Translations under genes and position numbers: made by a program
Shown: one piece after another, positions 58,800-64,000 of the stretch
Position numbering within the stretch: position 1 is the first letter of the stretch
Layout of the letters: each line of letters opens with the position of its first letter
Source of the DNA: Candidatus Nomurabacteria bacterium
GTDB taxonomy: Bacteria > Patescibacteriota > Minisyncoccia > Phycocordibacterales > UBA9973
Direction: 5' to 3'
NCBI GenBank assembly: GCA_026396015.1
Contig: JAPLXP010000004.1
Span: forward strand, 1,546 to 65,545
Length of the DNA: 64,000 nt
The notes under the pieces: model-generated
What the model was told of the DNA's origin: nothing
Seen by the model: only the letters and a program-made list of their open reading frames with translations
Database searches by the model: none

Positions 58800-59243
58800 A
58801 TGAAAATAGCAGTATTAAAGCAAGTCCCTATTTTGAGTGACGAACTTAAAAAACGTATCATTGACCATGCATTGTACATGAAAAATACCCACAACATCAA
58901 CATTGATATTGATGGGGTTCATGGAATAAACAAGCATACGTATGTAGCACTCAATAATTGGATAATTGACGAGGCTCGAGTGAGAGCCTTAGGGAAAGTT
59001 TTAATTTCACAAGAAATTACTTTAATAGAGAGTAATTTAGACAAGGAAATTGAAGAAGGAAATACTGCTAGATTTAGTGGTAGCTATGAATTTTTCAAAA
59101 TTAAAGATACTGAAACACCGATGAAAGATGGTACTGAAGTTTTTTTACTCACAATTATCCTGAAGGATATGGAGTCAAAAGATTATATGGTCATCACAAA
59201 AGACGGTGAACAAATTAAGGTATTAAAACCCTGTGGTGAATAA
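58800..59243 (+). CDS. Hypothetical protein
   Basis: 147-aa ORF between uvrC and uvrA. Confidence 0.6.
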   Translation: MKIAVLKQVPILSDELKKRIIDHALYMKNTHNINIDIDGVHGINKHTYVALNNWIIDEARVRALGKVLISQEITLIESNLDKEIEEGNTARFSGSYEFFKIKDTETPMKDGTEVFLLTIILKDMESKDYMVITKDGEQIKVLKPCGE

Positions 59244-59295
59244 ATTCATCACACAAAAGCAAAAACTAGTTGATATAATTTATCAACTAGTTTTT

Positions 59296-62007
59296 TTATT
59301 TCCTCTTCAATACTTTTTTCAAATATTTACCAGTGTGAGATTTTGGATTGTTTGCAACTTCTTCGGGAGTTCCCTTTGCTACAATCTTTCCACCACCTGT
59401 ACCACCCTCGGGTCCGATATCGATAAGATAATCAGAACATTTGATAATATCCATATTGTGCTCGATCAATACTACTGTATTACCTTTGTCTACGAGCTTG
59501 TTGAGTACTTCCAATAGCTTGGCCACATCATCGTAGTGCAGTCCTACTGTAGGCTCGTCCAATAGATAGATAGTCTTCTCTAAGTGAGGACGATAAAGCT
59601 CGCTAGAAATCTTTACACGCTGAGCCTCTCCTCCTGATAGTGTCGTCGCAGATTGACCGAGAGTCAGATATCCTAGACCCACATCCATCAATGTACGAAC
59701 GCGGTCGTACACAGCAGGAATATCTTCAAAGAACACTAGAGATTCCTCGACTGTCATTTGTAATACTTCGTAAACATTTTTCTTTTTATATTTTACAGTC
59801 AGAGTCTCCTTGTCGAAGCGCTTGCCCATACATACATCACAAGTCACGTAGACCGTAGGTAGGAAGTGCATTTCTACTGCAATCTCACCATTACCCTCAC
59901 AGGCTTCACAGCGACCACCTTTTACATTGAAAGAGAATCTGTTGGACTTCCATCCACGAAGACGTGCATCCTCAGTAGCAGCAAATAGATCACGTATATG
60001 AGTGAACGCACCTGTATAGGTAGCTAGGTTTGAACGAGGTGTTCGCCCAATTGGAGATTGATCTATCAAGATCGCACGAGAAAGATATTCTGACCCAGTA
60101 AATGAGGCACAGTTATATGTCTTGGCAGTTCGGAATTTTCTATCATATTTACCCTGCAGATTCTTGTGCAATATCTCGTACATAAATGAACTCTTACCAG
60201 ATCCAGACACACCAGTGATGGTGACCATCTTGCCCAGTGGCACATCCGCATTCATATTATCAATGTTGAAAACTTTTCCACCTACGATCTTGATCATACC
60301 CTTGTCTTTACTGCGGCGCTCTTCGGGCACCTCGATGCGAGTCTCGTTTCTTAAATACGAAAGTGTACGGCTGCCTGATTTATTTTTTGGAGCGTCTAGC
60401 AATTCTTGAAGATATCCAGATACTACAACCTGCCCACCATGAACACCAGCCTTTGGACCGATATCGATAATATAGTCTGAAGCGTATATAGTATCCTCAT
60501 CGTGTTCTACTACAATAATAGTATTGCCTAGGTCACGAAGATTTTCAAGAGTTCTGATTAATTTTTCATTGTCGCGTTGATGCAGACCGATAGTAGGTTC
60601 GTCGAGCACATACAGTGCACCCACGAGGCGTGATCCTAGTTGTGATGCGAGACGAATACGCTGAGCTTCACCTCCAGACAATGTATTGGCTTTTCTATTT
60701 AGAGACAAATATTCAAGTCCTACATTCAACAAGAATTGAATACGCGCTTCGATCTCTTTGATTACTACTTTTGAGATTTCTTTTTCTTGTTCATTAAGTT
60801 CTAATTCTACAAAAAAGTCTGCGACTTTCTCAATTGAAAGTTCTGTAATATTCAAGATATTTGTTTTACCTTTTCCGAGATATACATGTAGTGCCTCGAT
60901 ACGTAGACGTGCACCGTTACACTTTTCACATTCATCGAGTGCTCCAAAATATTTTGTACCTAGACCGTTACAATCAGGACACGCACCATACGGACTATTG
61001 AAAGAGAAAAGTCTTGGTTCTATCTCAGGGAAAGAGAACCCATCATTTGAACAAGCAAATTTTGTAGACATTACGAATTCCTCATACGAATCAAGATCCT
61101 TAGAAAAATCCTTCTCTCCGTCATTCGCATTCTGGCCTGGAAGTGCAAGTTCTTTCTGTTCGTTGCGCAGATTCCTACGAGAAGATTTATTCTGCAGATC
61201 TTTAATACCGAATTGTATAGTCACCAATCCGTCAGCTTCATTGATAGCGCGCTCTACTGCCTCGGATAGTCTCATGCGAGCATCACTAGGATTATCGCGG
61301 AATTCATGTACAGCAAAACTATCCACCAATACATCTATATTGTGCGGCTTTGTTTTTGATAGATCAATTCTCTCGCGGAGATTACGAATCTCGCCATCGA
61401 GACGAATCTTTTGATAACCTTTGTTCAGCAGATCATAGAGCATCTGATAGTACTCGCCCTTTCTGCCACGGACTACTGGTGCATAGATAGATACAGGTGT
61501 CTCGTCCCATTCTACACCCATCACCTTTTGCTTCTTTGCTGTTTTTTCAAAAGTTTTTATTTTTTCTAAAATGAAATTTAAAATTTCTTCATTGGAAAGT
61601 TTTTTAATTTCAGCTCCACATTCTGGACAGTGAGGTCGTCCGATACGTGCATAGAGAACACGAAGATAGTCGTATATCTCAGTGATAGTCGCCACTGTAG
61701 AGCGAGGATTGTTTGATCGAGATTTCTGATCAATAGATATAGCTGGAGAAAGACCTGTTATCTCGTCTACATCAGGCTTTGGCATCTGATTGAGGAATTG
61801 GCGAGCGTAGGCAGAAAGAGATTCTACATATCGGCGCTGACCTTCTGCGAAGATAGTATCAAAGGCAAGTGATGATTTACCAGAACCAGACATACCAGTA
61901 ATAACCACCATCTTGTTGCGAGGCATTTCTACACTGATATTCTTTAGGTTATGAGTGCGCGCACCCTTTACTATTATTTTATCTATATTTTTATCTATTT
62001 TAGCCAT
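59296..62007 (-). CDS. uvrA: Excinuclease ABC subunit A with an in-frame insertion
   Basis: [17 protein letters not shown], two [14 protein letters not shown] and LDEPT motifs. Confidence 0.97.
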   Translation of the reverse strand: MAKIDKNIDKIIVKGARTHNLKNISVEMPRNKMVVITGMSGSGKSSLAFDTIFAEGQRRYVESLSAYARQFLNQMPKPDVDEITGLSPAISIDQKSRSNNPRSTVATITEIYDYLRVLYARIGRPHCPECGAEIKKLSNEEILNFILEKIKTFEKTAKKQKVMGVEWDETPVSIYAPVVRGRKGEYYQMLYDLLNKGYQKIRLDGEIRNLRERIDLSKTKPHNIDVLVDSFAVHEFRDNPSDARMRLSEAVERAINEADGLVTIQFGIKDLQNKSSRRNLRNEQKELALPGQNANDGEKDFSKDLDSYEEFVMSTKFACSNDGFSFPEIEPRLFSFNSPYGACPDCNGLGTKYFGALDECEKCNGARLRIEALHVYLGKGKTNILNITELSIEKVADFFVELELNEQEKEISKVVIKEIEARIQFLLNVGLEYLSLNRKANTLSGGEAQRIRLASQLGSRLVGALYVLDEPTIGLHQRDNEKLIRTLENLRDLGNTIIVVEHDEDTIYASDYIIDIGPKAGVHGGQVVVSGYLQELLDAPKNKSGSRTLSYLRNETRIEVPEERRSKDKGMIKIVGGKVFNIDNMNADVPLGKMVTITGVSGSGKSSFMYEILHKNLQGKYDRKFRTAKTYNCASFTGSEYLSRAILIDQSPIGRTPRSNLATYTGAFTHIRDLFAATEDARLRGWKSNRFSFNVKGGRCEACEGNGEIAVEMHFLPTVYVTCDVCMGKRFDKETLTVKYKKKNVYEVLQMTVEESLVFFEDIPAVYDRVRTLMDVGLGYLTLGQSATTLSGGEAQRVKISSELYRPHLEKTIYLLDEPTVGLHYDDVAKLLEVLNKLVDKGNTVVLIEHNMDIIKCSDYLIDIGPEGGTGGGKIVAKGTPEEVANNPKSHTGKYLKKVLKRK
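61094..61201. mobile_element. 108-bp inverted-repeat element in frame inside uvrA
   Basis: agatccttagaaaaatccttctc ... gagaagatttattctgcagatct imperfect terminal inverted repeats. Confidence 0.7.
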
Positions 62008-62017
62008 AATTCAAATT

Positions 62018-62107
62018 CTCCTTACAGGAGCAGTATACCTTTTGGGTATTTTTTATTCTTCATAAAATACCCAAAAGGTCTTGCGCTTTGGGTCCCTCTC
62101 CCAAAGC
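62018..62107 (-). repeat. Stand-alone copy of the tRNA-element core in the uvrA leader
   Basis: ctccttacaggagcagtatacctttt-[hairpin]-aaaaggtctt matches the core of the Arg and Trp elements. Confidence 0.75.
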
Positions 62108-62225
62108 TCACCCGCCAACATTCTATGTGGGGGTGTATCAATATTAAACTATTTGTAGTATAGCATTTATTGAAAATTTGACAAACACTGATATTCTTAG
62201 TATATTTTTACAAATCCCAAATAAA

Positions 62226-62651
62226 ATGAAAATAATAGTAGTAGACGATTCAAAATTATTAATAGAAAGTATCAAAAGACTATTTAATACTCAAACAACC
62301 GACAAACATGAATTTTTGGATGTATTGGTATCTAATGACACACCACTATCAAATGTTATTTCTAAAATACTAGAATTCAAGTATGATATTATCTTTATGG
62401 ATGATAACCTAGCAACTTATTATACAGGTAAAGATATCACTGAAAAATTAGAACAATTAGATGAAATAAATTTCGATAAAAATAAATTTATAGGTACTTA
62501 TGGGTTGAGTAGACAGGAGTACTGTGGGCATCAATGGTACGGCAAAACAATCTGGGAAAAACCATCTGGAAAACAAGCTTCATTATTTTTATTATTTAAA
62601 ATATTAGAAAAGATAAAAGTAATAAATGACACAAACTTTTCCATACATTAA
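62226..62651 (+). CDS. Degenerate response-regulator receiver-like protein
   Basis: MKIIVVDDS...YDIIFMDDNL...G pattern. Confidence 0.6.
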   Translation: MKIIVVDDSKLLIESIKRLFNTQTTDKHEFLDVLVSNDTPLSNVISKILEFKYDIIFMDDNLATYYTGKDITEKLEQLDEINFDKNKFIGTYGLSRQEYCGHQWYGKTIWEKPSGKQASLFLLFKILEKIKVINDTNFSIH

Positions 62652-62703
62652 ACAAAAACAGCCTTCTTAGATGAAGGCTGTTTTATATTACACTTGTAAA
62701 ACA

Positions 62704-64000
62704 TTATTTTAAAATCTTCTTAATTTTATTTTTTGTCTTAGTATCGAGCACTCCTGTCACTGATATTTTATTTGCTTTTTGCCATTCGATAAGTGCCTGT
62801 TTGGTGTCATTACCAAAATAATTGGTAACTCCATTTTTTTTCAATGCTTTAGCTTTTGACCCTTTGTTTTGATCAATCAAAAACTGTTGCAATGTTTTAA
62901 CATCATTATTCTTGGAACCAACCTTTAAATCTTTTTTAATATTTTGTATTTCCGGAGTGTTGTGAACAATCTCTATATTTTTTTCAGGAATAATTTGACT
63001 GGCACCATTTGAAGAATCCATCTTAATAACATTTATAGGATTTATCATTTGCATTGGCGGATGTCCACCAGAATGAACAGGAATACTAATTACATAAGAA
63101 AATGATGAATTAGAAAAATTACCAAAACTATTACAAGCTCTTGCATAAATAGTCTGAGAAGACAGAATATCTATTGGTCCAGAATACAAAGTTCCATCCG
63201 AACAACTGCTCAATGAACCAGTAGCAGAATACCTAATATAATCACTACCAGCAGCAGACAGAGATACTTGTTGTGTCTGATGATAGACACCTTCAGGAAT
63301 AGAAGATGTAATTCCAGACTGTGCATCAGTCAATTCTAAGACGATAAAACCATAAGTATTACCATTATAATTATTATCACTTGTAGTTGATAGCATCAAA
63401 TTACCGTCAGACGGAATAATTGAAGCTGGAGTATTTATGTTTTCTGATTCAATAATTTTTACAGCCTTACCGATAAATTTAGAAGGTAATGTGGTTACAT
63501 CATTATTTGCACTTCTATGGAAATCCATATAAACTAAATCACGATTATTTTGATTATTCCAATATGCAGTTTTACCAATATCATATTGTTTTGGATCAAT
63601 CCATTGACGATACGCATATGCATCATAAGTTACATTATTGATGACACCATTATTTCCAACCATCTGAGGGTAAGTTTTTTGAGTTGTGGCTATTGTCCAA
63701 CAAGGATTTCCTGTAGTAAAACAATTTCTATTCTCAGCAGAAGTAGACCCATAAGGACCATAGCCAAAAGCAAAACCAATATCATAATTACTATCAACAT
63801 TTCTCTTTTTAAAAATAATTTCTCTATTTGGAGGATTATTTATATTATCCACATGAGTACTATCAAAATAAACAGGGCTTACTGGGGCAGAATCAAAAAG
63901 TTGTGTAGATTTAAAATCATAACCACCATTTGTTTTTGTTTTTGGTATATAAAAATAAGTATGATCATAAGCAGGAGTTATAGGTGCATTTGTCTGAATT
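62704..64000 (-). CDS. Surface protein with a chitobiase-C-like repeat and a C-terminal peptidoglycan-binding domain; 5' end off the window
   Basis: Same repeat and PG-binding tail as 21935 (VKTLQQFLI...FGNDTK.AL..WQ...TG). The frame stays open to 64000. Confidence 0.8.
   Translation of the reverse strand, partial: IQTNAPITPAYDHTYFYIPKTKTNGGYDFKSTQLFDSAPVSPVYFDSTHVDNINNPPNREIIFKKRNVDSNYDIGFAFGYGPYGSTSAENRNCFTTGNPCWTIATTQKTYPQMVGNNGVINNVTYDAYAYRQWIDPKQYDIGKTAYWNNQNNRDLVYMDFHRSANNDVTTLPSKFIGKAVKIIESENINTPASIIPSDGNLMLSTTSDNNYNGNTYGFIVLELTDAQSGITSSIPEGVYHQTQQVSLSAAGSDYIRYSATGSLSSCSDGTLYSGPIDILSSQTIYARACNSFGNFSNSSFSYVISIPVHSGGHPPMQMINPINVIKMDSSNGASQIIPEKNIEIVHNTPEIQNIKKDLKVGSKNNDVKTLQQFLIDQNKGSKAKALKKNGVTNYFGNDTKQALIEWQKANKISVTGVLDTKTKNKIKKILK

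Noticed and set aside
62018-62045. LexA/SOS box upstream of uvrA
   Set aside because: TACTG...CTGTAA is not a CTGT-N8-ACAG palindrome, and the motif is better explained as the repeat core found at tRNAs.
167-62163. Numerous short antisense or overlapping ORFs in the track (e.g. 548-1039, 36194-36572, 60758-61414)
   Set aside because: They are shadows of well-supported genes or tRNAs and carry no recognisable motifs.

Overview
This is a low-GC, gene-dense bacterial window with features typical of Patescibacteria/CPR (Parcubacteria-like). The taxonomy is inferred from gene content: a short ValS, paired TraG/VirB4-like P-loop ATPases, Cys-rich 'METKNCQNC' proteins and tRNAs without an encoded CCA. 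TGA acts as stop, so code 11. Core genes cover translation and tRNA modification (tsaD, valS, leuS, lepA, Sua5/TsaC, ychF, miaA, rpmG), cell wall (murJ, alr, murB, HTH-murA, ddl, FtsB-like), and repair (uvrA, a reduced uvrC). There are five tRNAs (Phe, Arg, Trp, Leu, Ala) and two large repeat-rich surface proteins. The most unusual signal is non-coding. (1) A multi-hairpin element sits directly after tRNA-Arg, tRNA-Trp and tRNA-Leu. It is built from an inverted and a direct copy of each tRNA's own 3' end around a shared core with covarying stems. After tRNA-Trp it recurs and separates a co-oriented run of accessory, effector-like genes, and the core alone also sits in front of uvrA. (2) Palindromic elements of about 90-110 bp are inserted in frame into tsaD, uvrC and uvrA, and the tsaD element has free intergenic relatives. 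(3) Three related ACATTC palindromes bracket a tandem pair of Cys-rich paralogs. No integrase, transposase, reverse transcriptase or CRISPR array is visible, so any mobilising enzyme would have to act in trans. All annotations come from motif reading by eye; no database searches were run.
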